Positions 1 to 8,493 of a stretch of 64,000 nt of DNA are shown here, in pieces (the stretch's first letter is position 1; each line of letters begins with the position of its first letter). This DNA comes from Candidatus Magasanikiibacteriota bacterium (GTDB lineage Bacteria > Patescibacteriota > Patescibacteriia > Magasanikbacterales > UBA922): the NCBI GenBank assembly GCA_041665025.1, contig JBAYJP010000002.1:691-64690 (forward strand). Direction: 5' to 3'. Under the pieces are notes generated by a model that saw only the letters and a list, made by a program, of their open reading frames with translations, did no database searches and was not told the origin of the DNA. The position numbers were made by a program, and so were the translations under genes.

Positions 1-1176
1 GCTCGGGTGGTGGCCCTTGCAGTAAAGCCAGCTTTTGCGTTTGCACGTCCAGTCCGATTTCCATCCGGACTAAGCTGACCTTTGTAAACGCCTCCGTTAA
101 TGTTTGGGAGGCAACCGCCCCAGTTAAACTACCCACCAGACACTGTCTCTTATACCAGATTCATGGTACATGATTAGGTACATCATCACACAAGGGTGGT
201 GTCTCATTGTCGCCTTTCGGCTCCCACCTACGCTGAACAAGTGAAATAATGTACCAATGTCAAGTTGTAGTAAAGCTTCATGGGGTCTTTTCGTCTAACT
301 GCGGGTACGTCGCATCTTCACGACACTTGCATTTTCGCCGAGTACATGGTTAAGACAGTCATCACACCGTTATGCCATTCGTGCGGGTCGGAACTCACCC
401 GACAAGGAATTTCGCTACCTTAGGACGGTTATAGTTACCGCCGGCGTTCATCAGCGCTTCAGTTCAAAGCTTCGTCTTACGACTAACCTCTCCCCTTAAC
501 GTTCTGACACTGGCCAGGCATCACTCCCTATACTTCCTCTTACGAGTTTGCAGGGAGCTGTGTTTTTGGTAAACAGTCGCATGATGTCTTTTGTTGATCC
601 CAACTTGCGTTGGGAAGGCCTTATCCCGAAGTTACGGCCGCTATTTTGCAGAGTTCCTTAACCATGTTTATCTCGTTCGCCTTGGTCTTCTCGACCTACC
701 TACCTGAGTCGGTTTACGGTACAGTTTGATAATGTTTAACGCTTTGCTACTTTTCTAGGCAATTTCTAAAACCTGAATTGACCTTGTCCGAGGACGCAGT
801 CTCTCCCTTGCGGGACGCACAATACCAATTACGCTCACATTTTTGAACTGCGCATAGCATTGCAAACATTACCAAGTGCAGGAATATTAGCCTGCTCTTC
901 CATCGGTTACACCGCCCATGGGGCGATCTGGCCTTAGGATTGACTAACCCAGGGACGATTCTCGTTGCCCTGGAAACCTTGGGTTTTCGGCGTGCCGGAC
1001 TTTCACCGGCATTTTTGCTACTTGTGCCTGCATTCTCTCTTCTGAACGCTCCACCTGCCCTCGCGGGTCCAGCTTCACTGCAGTTCAGAATGCTCCTCTA
1101 CCGCTTGTATCTTACGATACAAGCTCGCAATTTCGGTACGATACTTAAGCCCCGGTACATTTTCGGCGCGAAGACT

Positions 1177-1237
<61 letters not shown>

Positions 1238-1305
1238 TTGTTTAAGAATCAACACCGCCTTTTACACTTAGTATCGATTTAGGGACCTTAATTGGCGATC
1301 TGGGA

Positions 1306-1348
<43 letters not shown>

Positions 1349-1590
1349 TACATACTCTTATACTTCTGGCATTCGGAGTTTGATTGAGTGTGGTATCCCG
1401 AGGGACCCAACACTCATCCAGTGCTCTACCACCAAAAGAAACATATGTAGCTATACCTAAATATATTTCGAGGAGAACCAGCTATTACCGAGTTCGATTG
1501 GAATTTCTCCCCCATCCACAGATCCTCCCCGCGTGTTGCACAGCGCGTGGGTTCGGACCTCCCCCTCACTTTCGTGAGGGTTCGCCCTGT

Positions 1591-1622
<32 letters not shown>

Positions 1623-1743
1623 TTATGAGACTTAACGCCCGTTAAGACTCGCTTTCGCTATGCCTTCATCCTGCAAAGGATTTAAGCTTGCCACATAAAG
1701 TAACTCGCAGGCTCATTCTTCAATAGGAACACCATCACCTAAA

Positions 1744-1872
1744 CGTGTCTCACTATCGCTCGCCACCCGAAGTTATAAAGTTGAAAGTCATAAAGTTGAA
1801 AGTTCGATTGGAACTTTATAACTTTATAACTTTAAAACTTTCAACTGCGTTGTCGAACGCCAGTGAGACACG
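1744..1872 (-). other. Intervening sequence / expansion in 23S rRNA at the helix 25 position
   Basis: About 130 nt closed by an 11-bp stem (CGTGTCTCACT / AGTGAGACACG), replacing the short helix next to the conserved CACGGTTTCAGG. The interior is a GTTATAAA/GTTGAAA tandem-repeat hairpin. Confidence 0.8.
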
Positions 1873-2311
1873 CCGGCTCTGGCTCATTGTAAGCACACGG
1901 TTTCAGGTACTATTTCACCGCCCTCTCCGGGCTACTTTTCACCTTTCCCTCACGGTACTGGTTCACTATCGATCATTGTCAGTATTTAGCCTTACCGCAT
2001 AGTCGCGGCAGTTTCAGACGGGATTTCTCGTGTCCCGCCGTACTCAGGAATACAGCACCACTATACATATATATTTCACTTACGGGACTATCACCCTCTT
2101 TGGTATTCCTTTCCAGGAATTTTCAATTATATATATGCCATAGCAGCTGGTCTAACAGGTAACCAACGCTGTACCCTACAACACTTATATTGCAACGGCC
2201 TGTCCTTTAAGAATATAGTCCAAAATAGTCTTACGACTTTTCCTTTCTATATTCAACACAATATAAGTTTAGGCTGTTCCGCTTTCGCTCGCCACTACTA
2301 ACGGAATCGAA

Positions 2312-2374
2312 CCACAGATCTTCAATACACAGATCCCACAATTTCTCGTGTGATCTGTGAATGAAAATCAGTGG
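2312..2374 (-). other. Second hairpin insertion in 23S rRNA domain I
   Basis: Extra ~65 nt between the conserved ACTAACGGAATC and TTTCTTTTCCTCTGG, with CCACAGAT..CACAGATC / GATCTGTG..ATCAGTGG inverted arms. Confidence 0.7.
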
Positions 2375-2791
2375 CACTTTGTTTCTTTCTTTTCCTCTGG
2401 CTACTGAGATGTTTCACTTCACCAGGTCTTCTCTGTATGACTATGAATTCATCATACAGTGTTCCGATAAAATCGGAACGGGTTCCCCCATTCGGAAATT
2501 CCCGGGTCAAAGGTTGCTTGGGACCTCACCGAGACTTATCGCACCCTGCAACGTCCTTCATCGACTGACAATGTCAAGGCATCCACCGTGTGCTCTTATG
2601 CACTACAGAAACACACAATTGTGTTTCTTGATACCACAAATATTTATATACTACTTACTTGGTAAATTGTAATGATCATTCACTCAATATCTTCCGCAAA
2701 CATTCTTTCTTTCTTACACACTATACACAACTATGATTATGTACATTGTGCAAAATAAAATTGTTCTAATAAACGTGAAAGATAAATTTTG

Positions 2792-2990
2792 AAACAAAAT
2801 GACCGCTTCCGGCGGTCATAAACATACAAATATGTTTTGTCTATCCGCTTGGATGCTATGAGTAACGAATTGTCATTTGGTACATCATGATGAACAGGAT
2901 AGTACTAAAGTGTTACCCAGAGGTCCAAGCATATAGAGCGTGTGTCTTTGGACGTGGTTCCCGAGTAGTCGGGAGTGATATTCACGCTCG
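2792..2990 (-). ncRNA. Putative structured ncRNA or rRNA leader upstream of 23S
   Basis: Follows a consensus promoter. Has stems GAGCGTG/CACGCTC, TCCCGA/TCGGGA and GCTTGGA/TCCAAGC, and ends in ATGACCGC-CGGAA-GCGGTCAT-TTTGTTT (terminator-like). Confidence 0.45.
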
Positions 2991-2993
2991 CAT

Positions 2994-3022
2994 ATAGTAT
3001 CTCAACCTCTTATATATGTCAA
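2994..3022 (-). promoter_or_regulatory. sigma70-type promoter facing the ncRNA and 23S
   Basis: TTGACA-17 nt-TACTAT on the minus strand. Confidence 0.7.
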
Positions 3023-3119
3023 GCAGAGAGATGTGGATAAGATGTGGGAAAACCAAACAGTATTTTTATGTTAAAATAACTGACTTCTATCAATGTCTCA
3101 ACTCTCATAAAATGTCCCC

Positions 3120-3228
3120 AAATTCACCAAATTATTCTAATTTCTAATTCACCTAATAAAATTCCAAATACCAATTTGACCTTTTAATTTTTATTAGAAA
3201 TTAGGTGAATTGTAATTTAGGTGAATTT
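3120..3228. repeat. Tandem-repeat hairpin element, TTCACCTAA/TTAGGTGAA family
   Basis: Left arm AATTCACCAAA..TAATTCACCTAAT, right arm ATTAGGTGAATT..TTTAGGTGAATTT. Related copies at 27568-27600 and 34472-34591. Confidence 0.85.
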
Positions 3229-3242
3229 ACAATTATTACAAA

Positions 3243-3515
3243 CTAAACAATATTTAAAACAACAATAGTACTTCCTCCATGTTCTTCTAATCCAAATCTT
3301 TTTACGAGTGCATTTTGTTTCAAAGATTCATGAACTTTTTGTTTCAAAATTCCTTCCCCTACTCCGTGAATTACACGGACCTGTTGTTCTCTTTTTTTAT
3401 AAAGATAAAATAATTGTGATTCCAAAAATTCCAGAGCATCTGTTGGATTAGAATATGTATGCAAATCAATAATAGGAAGATTTTGATTGTGATATAACAA
3501 TTCAATGTCTAACAT
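3243..3515 (-). CDS. Stand-alone Smr/MutS2 C-terminal domain protein
   Basis: IDLH...VRVIHGVGEGILKQKV...GGSTIV Smr motifs in 90 aa. Confidence 0.85.
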   Translation of the reverse strand: MLDIELLYHNQNLPIIDLHTYSNPTDALEFLESQLFYLYKKREQQVRVIHGVGEGILKQKVHESLKQNALVKRFGLEEHGGSTIVVLNIV

Positions 3516-3585
3516 GTTGGTATTAAAAAACCTCTCAACGAGGCGTTAAACAAATTTTAAATTATACAAAAATCTATACCAAAGA

Positions 3586-3903
3586 CTATCTAGAATATAA
3601 CAAGACGAAAATAATTTTTCCTAAGACAAATAAGACAGAAAATACACCCAGCATTACGAGAATCCAAAAAAAATAACCCGTACCCTTTATTATCAACTCA
3701 TAGTTGCCAACGTTCTTTTTTAGTTTTTTAAATATAAGACCCACCAACGGTGGCAGACCAATTAAGGCAATAAAAAGTACTATATCAAACCAAGTTTTAT
3801 TTGCATTCAATTTATATAAAAAATAGCCAATCAGAGGAAAATAAGCCAACACCCCGATGGGAATCAAAAAACCGATAACAGTATAAAATACTTTTTTGGT
3901 CAT
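3586..3903 (-). CDS. Hypothetical membrane protein (about 3 TM)
   Basis: Hydrophobic ORF. Start moved to MTKKV because the longer ORF overlaps the tRNA. Confidence 0.6.
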   Translation of the reverse strand: MTKKVFYTVIGFLIPIGVLAYFPLIGYFLYKLNANKTWFDIVLFIALIGLPPLVGLIFKKLKKNVGNYELIIKGTGYFFWILVMLGVFSVLFVLGKIIFVLLYSR

Positions 3904-3917
3904 AAGAAAATACAATG

Positions 3918-4001
3918 TGCGGGTGAGAGGAATCGAACCTCCACTCCCTTTCGGGAACATGCTCCTAAGGCATGCGCCTATGCCAGTTCGGCTACACCCG
4001 C
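3918..4001 (-). tRNA. tRNA-Leu(TAG), CCA not encoded
   Basis: GCGGGTGTAGCCGAACTGGCATAGGCG..CATGC-CTTAGGA-GCATG, long variable arm, GGTTCGATTCC, CACCCGCA. Confidence 0.95.
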
Positions 4002-4134
4002 AGATATTTATGCTTACTTAAAATCTACAAACTAATTTATCCGGCGTAGTCCCGAGTACTCGAGACGAAGACGAACGTCGGCCTTTATTTTAACGCATAG
4101 ATTAAACCATAAAAAATAAATAAAATCAAGATAC

Positions 4135-4167
4135 AAAAAGAACACCCTTTCAGATGTTCTTTAATTT
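4135..4167. repeat. 33-bp direct repeat, copy 1 (terminator-like hairpin)
   Basis: AAAAAGAACACCCTTTCAGATGTTCTTTAATTT, identical to 8406-8438. Confidence 0.9.
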
Positions 4168-4174
4168 CCAAATT

Positions 4175-5629
4175 TTAGGATTTAATGACTGTCACAGTAT
4201 TTTGGTCAGCATTAATCTCGACATTATCTCCATCTTTCAAAAAAGTCGTCGCAAATTTTGTTCCAACTATGCAGGGTATACCGAGTTCGCGTGAAATGAT
4301 AGCAGCATGGCACATTATCCCTCCCTGGTCAGTAATAATTGCGCCGGCCATTCGCATGGCAGTAATATATTCAGGACTAGTCATAGTGGCTACTAACACC
4401 TCCCCCTTCTTCATATTTTTTATTTCTTTTGAATCTCTTATGATATGAACTGTTCCTCTATACAAGCCAGGAGAAGCAGTAGTTCCTAAAAGCGTTGCTT
4501 CCCTCTGTTGTTCTTTTTTTACATGGCGTGATACATATGATTTTGCTTTATTCCCTACAAGCATTTTCACGGCATCATCTTTAAAAATAAACAGGCTATT
4601 TTGTCTACGTTTTTTTAGTTCACTTTCTTCAGTAAAATTTTGTTGCAGAAGTGCTCTTTCCAGTTCTTCAGGGAGATAATATTGCATGAGATCTGTCGAG
4701 GTATGTACGCGTAGAGCTATTTCAGACAACATACGAGCCATATGATAATGGACGATGGTAAATAATTTTTTCTTATGATCCTGCAAATAAACTGCACGGC
4801 GTAAACTACCAAACAATATACTATATTTTTCTTCAATTTTGTATGTTTGTTCTATTTCTTTTTGTCTTTTTTCTAAACTTTTAAAGTAATTTTTACTTTC
4901 AAATAATCGTCGCTCCATCTCATCTTGTTTTAGTAATCTATCCAAAATAACAGAAAAATATTTTTTATCCCACAGATCAAGCCCGTAATCGTAGGGCACC
5001 CAAGAATATGCTTGTTCGTGTTTTGTTATTGCTGCATCAATATTTTTTAGCCGTTTCTTTTTAATCTCTATTGCTATACGAAATAGGTCATCCTCTTCTT
5101 CTTTTGCAAATGACTTTTCTTTCGAAGCAGTCAATACAGAGAAAATAAAAGAGGCTCTCTCCTTATCATAAAAGTTCTCTGCTAGATACTGCTTCAGATA
5201 TGTCCCCAATGACTCTTCGAGACCAATCACTACGGGTTCACTCCAAGCATATGCGTCGGTATACAATGTTATGTGCCGAGAAAATAATTTCCATAGTTCA
5301 TGATTATTTTTTTTGTGTACATCAGTTTTGTATAAGAAAGCTGCGTGTGCACTTAATTTTTCCATTTTTTGATCATATGTCTTTATGGCAAAATCCAAAA
5401 AATTCCTACGTTTTATAACCAGCGCCAAGCTATGCTGTGCCACTTTTCGTACATATGTCTGCGAAGCATACCAATACATCACGCCATCTATATATTGGAC
5501 AAGCGTGGGACCAAACGATATACCAAGAGATTCGTGCATCTTTTTGCAATATGACTGGGCGATGATATATGCATGTGGGATAAGGTGAATGCCTTCTTTC
5601 CGTTGCATGAAAATATAATCTTTGTTCAT
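4175..5629 (-). CDS. PEP-utilising enzyme mobile (phosphohistidine swivel) domain protein
   Basis: C-terminal GTTASPG..G.V..GEVLVATMTSPEY..AIITDQGGIMCHAAIISRELGIPCIVG. The N-terminus is helical and no ATP-grasp domain is recognisable. Confidence 0.85.
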   Translation of the reverse strand: MNKDYIFMQRKEGIHLIPHAYIIAQSYCKKMHESLGISFGPTLVQYIDGVMYWYASQTYVRKVAQHSLALVIKRRNFLDFAIKTYDQKMEKLSAHAAFLYKTDVHKKNNHELWKLFSRHITLYTDAYAWSEPVVIGLEESLGTYLKQYLAENFYDKERASFIFSVLTASKEKSFAKEEEDDLFRIAIEIKKKRLKNIDAAITKHEQAYSWVPYDYGLDLWDKKYFSVILDRLLKQDEMERRLFESKNYFKSLEKRQKEIEQTYKIEEKYSILFGSLRRAVYLQDHKKKLFTIVHYHMARMLSEIALRVHTSTDLMQYYLPEELERALLQQNFTEESELKKRRQNSLFIFKDDAVKMLVGNKAKSYVSRHVKKEQQREATLLGTTASPGLYRGTVHIIRDSKEIKNMKKGEVLVATMTSPEYITAMRMAGAIITDQGGIMCHAAIISRELGIPCIVGTKFATTFLKDGDNVEINADQNTVTVIKS

Positions 5630-5634
5630 AGAAT

Positions 5635-7122
5635 TTAATTATTATTTTGTGGAGTTAGAATTCGTACTGTACCATGATTGGCTCGCACGGCCACAATATC
5701 ACCAGTTTTAATTTGGGTAGTGGCAGTATGAGTATTTATTATACATGGCTTACCAGCCAAGCGAGCGTTAATAGCCGCATGACAGAGCATACCTCCCGCA
5801 TTGGTCACTATAGCTCCAGCTTTTTTTATAATTTCCAACATACTATCATCAGTCATTTCTGCAATTAAAATTTCTCCAATTTGAAACTTTTTTATATCTT
5901 CTTTTTTTTCTATCACCCGAGCAACCCCCTGGGCATAACCCTGGGCTCCAACTTTTCCTGCTACTGAATGGCCTAGTTCACTTTGTTGTAAAATTTCCTG
6001 TAATTCTTCATAGACTTTTTTAACCTCTGTTCCTTCAATTATTTTATAATCTTTGCCTAATATAGAAAGCAATAGACCCTGATTAAAACGATTTTTCAAA
6101 GTATGTTTTTTAATCAGACCATGCAACAAATTATCCAATTCTTCAAAAGTTAAAAAATATAAAAAATTTGCTTCTACTCCGGTAGTTTTTTCCAATCGTT
6201 TAAATAATTTATTCCACAATTCTTGAACTTGCACATTTACTGTCTGTCGATATTCACGCCATTGTCCCAACTCTTTGAAAAATTCCAAAGGATCCACACT
6301 TAATTTATATTTTTTCAAAATCGTTTTAATAAGCTGGCGATGTTTTTTGGCACGCGCCATTCTCTCTTTGGTCTGCAAGCTTTTGTCCAGAATATTTTCG
6401 CTGGTTAAAAGTTCCGCAATTTCTGCTTGAGTAAAATTATAAATCTTACCAATCCGCGCTACTTCTTTATTATCAAATCCCAAATCAAAGCTATCAATAA
6501 AAATTGCCGTGGACCAAAATTTTTCCAAAGTATTTTGCCACTGCTCCAAAAAATTCAACAATTCGTTAACACCCCATTCTAATGGAAAACCAGTTGCGTA
6601 TTCCTGGCAAAACGCTTCTACCTTTTTCCCATAATCAAAAAAACTTTCTTTTAACTCAAAATGTCGCCGACTTAATTCTCCATATTCTTTATAAACCGCC
6701 TCTGCCATTTCTGCAAATGAGGAAGTAGTATGCCAAAAAACTTCACACACGCCATTTTTAAAATAAACATCGCAAGTGCCCAATCCTTCATCAAAAAATT
6801 TTGGATTAGGATGAATAATGCCAGCAATTCTGGGCCAAAAAATTATAGGACTTAAAGTCAGTATCTGACGATACATTTTGGGGGTGCTTTCTTCATTTTG
6901 TTTGGGTTCAAATTCTACAATATCAGTAATATTCAATCCGTAGCGTTCACAAATCCGATCCAGAGTAGAAAACCATACCCCCTCAGCCTCACCATGATAC
7001 AAAGCTGTAATCGTGTTGCGATTGATACCAGTTTCTTGGCTAATCTCAGAGATATTTTTACCCAATTTTTTCGCTATAGTATGTATTTTTAACTTAATCA
7101 TAATGTAAGTGTTTATAATCAT
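5635..7122 (-). CDS. Cro/C1-type HTH fused to a PEP-utilising mobile domain
   Basis: N-terminal ISEISQETGINRNTITALY..TLDRIC...DIVEF (HTH_26-like). C-terminal AIVTNAGGMLCHAAINARLAGKPCII. Confidence 0.85.
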   Translation of the reverse strand: MIINTYIMIKLKIHTIAKKLGKNISEISQETGINRNTITALYHGEAEGVWFSTLDRICERYGLNITDIVEFEPKQNEESTPKMYRQILTLSPIIFWPRIAGIIHPNPKFFDEGLGTCDVYFKNGVCEVFWHTTSSFAEMAEAVYKEYGELSRRHFELKESFFDYGKKVEAFCQEYATGFPLEWGVNELLNFLEQWQNTLEKFWSTAIFIDSFDLGFDNKEVARIGKIYNFTQAEIAELLTSENILDKSLQTKERMARAKKHRQLIKTILKKYKLSVDPLEFFKELGQWREYRQTVNVQVQELWNKLFKRLEKTTGVEANFLYFLTFEELDNLLHGLIKKHTLKNRFNQGLLLSILGKDYKIIEGTEVKKVYEELQEILQQSELGHSVAGKVGAQGYAQGVARVIEKKEDIKKFQIGEILIAEMTDDSMLEIIKKAGAIVTNAGGMLCHAAINARLAGKPCIINTHTATTQIKTGDIVAVRANHGTVRILTPQNNN

Positions 7123-7270
7123 ATTATGGCATATTTATATAATTTTGTCAATATTACACAGTTTTTGTATGGACTATATTACAAAATTAACCTATTTATC
7201 CTTGAAACTTTTAGTGATATATGATAACTTCTCTAGTTCCACCCAATGGACGGGTGGCCGGAGAGAAAAT

Positions 7271-7816
7271 ATGGAAGCTCTGATCATGGCGATCGTGGCC
7301 CTCTTGGGCCAGAGCAGGGGCGAACGGGACCTCAACAAGATTCTGGTCGGGGCAATCGTCAACTACCTGGAGGCTCGGTGCTACCGCACGCTCGAAGACC
7401 TCAAGCGCGCCAACGAGACGCTCATAACCTCGCACAAGGAAATGCGCGAGGCAGAGGGAAGGGCTACGGCAGCAGAGAGGGCTGACGAAAAAATGCGCCG
7501 GCTCTCAAAAAGAGTCGATAAGGCATACTCCCAAATGTTCGAGGCCATGAAGGCGTGCGCTGCTGTCGGGAACCCCGACGAGGGACCCGAGAGGGACAAG
7601 CTTCGGAGCACAACCACGGTGCATTTCCGTATTAGCAGAAAGCTCGGTGACCTGGAAAAGGAAATGGAAGCAGCACCAGAGTTGCTAAAACAGGCCACCA
7701 AAAAATGGGAGGACGCCAAAAAAAGGAAAGGAGATACAGAGGCACGTCTCGAACGTGCCCAGACGGCACTGCGGCATGGGCAGGCCGTCAGGGACTTCCT
7801 GGAGTCCCCTGAGTGA
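7271..7816 (+). CDS. Hypothetical coiled-coil protein, GC-rich
   Basis: GGAGAG SD before MEALIM; charged helical sequence; GC content visibly above the flanks. Confidence 0.65.
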   Translation: MEALIMAIVALLGQSRGERDLNKILVGAIVNYLEARCYRTLEDLKRANETLITSHKEMREAEGRATAAERADEKMRRLSKRVDKAYSQMFEAMKACAAVGNPDEGPERDKLRSTTTVHFRISRKLGDLEKEMEAAPELLKQATKKWEDAKKRKGDTEARLERAQTALRHGQAVRDFLESPE

Positions 7817-7928
7817 CCTTCACGTCGGAGCGGAATTCAACATCCGCCGCAACCAACGCTTCGCTCCGACACATTCGTTTCTTTAAAAACAAAGACGCGA
7901 GTGCAAAATAGCGAAGCGTTGAGATATA

Positions 7929-7960
7929 AAAAACACTGCCCATTACGGCGGTGTTTTTTC
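7929..7960. terminator. Bidirectional intrinsic terminator
   Basis: AAAAAACACTGCC-CATTAC-GGCGGTGTTTTTT between convergent ORFs. Confidence 0.7.
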
Positions 7961-8053
7961 TCAATTTGAAAATATGAATATCTTCACAGTCTCAAATCGA
8001 ACGGTGTGGCCTCCAACACACCTTGTTGCTCCCACCTTGAAAGACATTCTTTT

Positions 8054-8344
8054 TCATTGAACCCTCCAACCCTCACGGACGTCGATGCTGTCGCCAGCAT
8101 CCAACTGGCGGAGAACTTCCACGAGCGCGTCCCGAATCGTCAGAAATAGAAGCATCGGCGTGTCTGCCGCGACATCGTCGCCGAAGACATATTCGCCTCT
8201 ACTTTCGAGCATCGCCTGCAGAAGCAGGCGATATGTCCTTGTGCCCGTTTTGTAACCGGGCATGATTGAGATGCCACCCCCTTCTTCGCTGACTACGAAG
8301 AACGTTGCCTGGTTCGGAAGAGCCAAAAACTCTTGAACGGTCAT
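8054..8344 (-). CDS. Hypothetical protein, GC-rich
   Basis: Strong SD GGAGGTG upstream of the ATG; 96-aa ORF. Confidence 0.65.
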   Translation of the reverse strand: MTVQEFLALPNQATFFVVSEEGGGISIMPGYKTGTRTYRLLLQAMLESRGEYVFGDDVAADTPMLLFLTIRDALVEVLRQLDAGDSIDVREGWRVQ

Positions 8345-8405
8345 TGCTATTCACCTCCGTTGCGATTGTAAAATATAATAACATTTCGTATCTTTTTGGT
8401 CAACA

Positions 8406-8438
8406 AAAAAGAACACCCTTTCAGATGTTCTTTAATTT
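8406..8438. repeat. 33-bp direct repeat, copy 2 (pnp terminator)
   Basis: Identical to 4135-4167; lies just downstream of pnp. Confidence 0.9.
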
Positions 8439-8493
8439 ATAATTTCCAATTTCTTTTTCCGCCTGCCACGTTCTACGTGGTGTCTCCGTGTTT

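Noticed and set aside
2792-2990. 6S RNA, RNase P or tmRNA identity for the RNA upstream of 23S
   Set aside because: The 5' end pairs locally rather than with the 3' end, and there is no GAGGAAAGTCC or tRNA-like end.
3904-3960. N-terminal extension of ORF 3586..3960
   Set aside because: It overlaps tRNA-Leu; the start was moved to 3903.
3918-8438. Prophage or integrative element at tRNA-Leu
   Set aside because: No integrase or phage genes, and the direct repeat is not a tRNA fragment.
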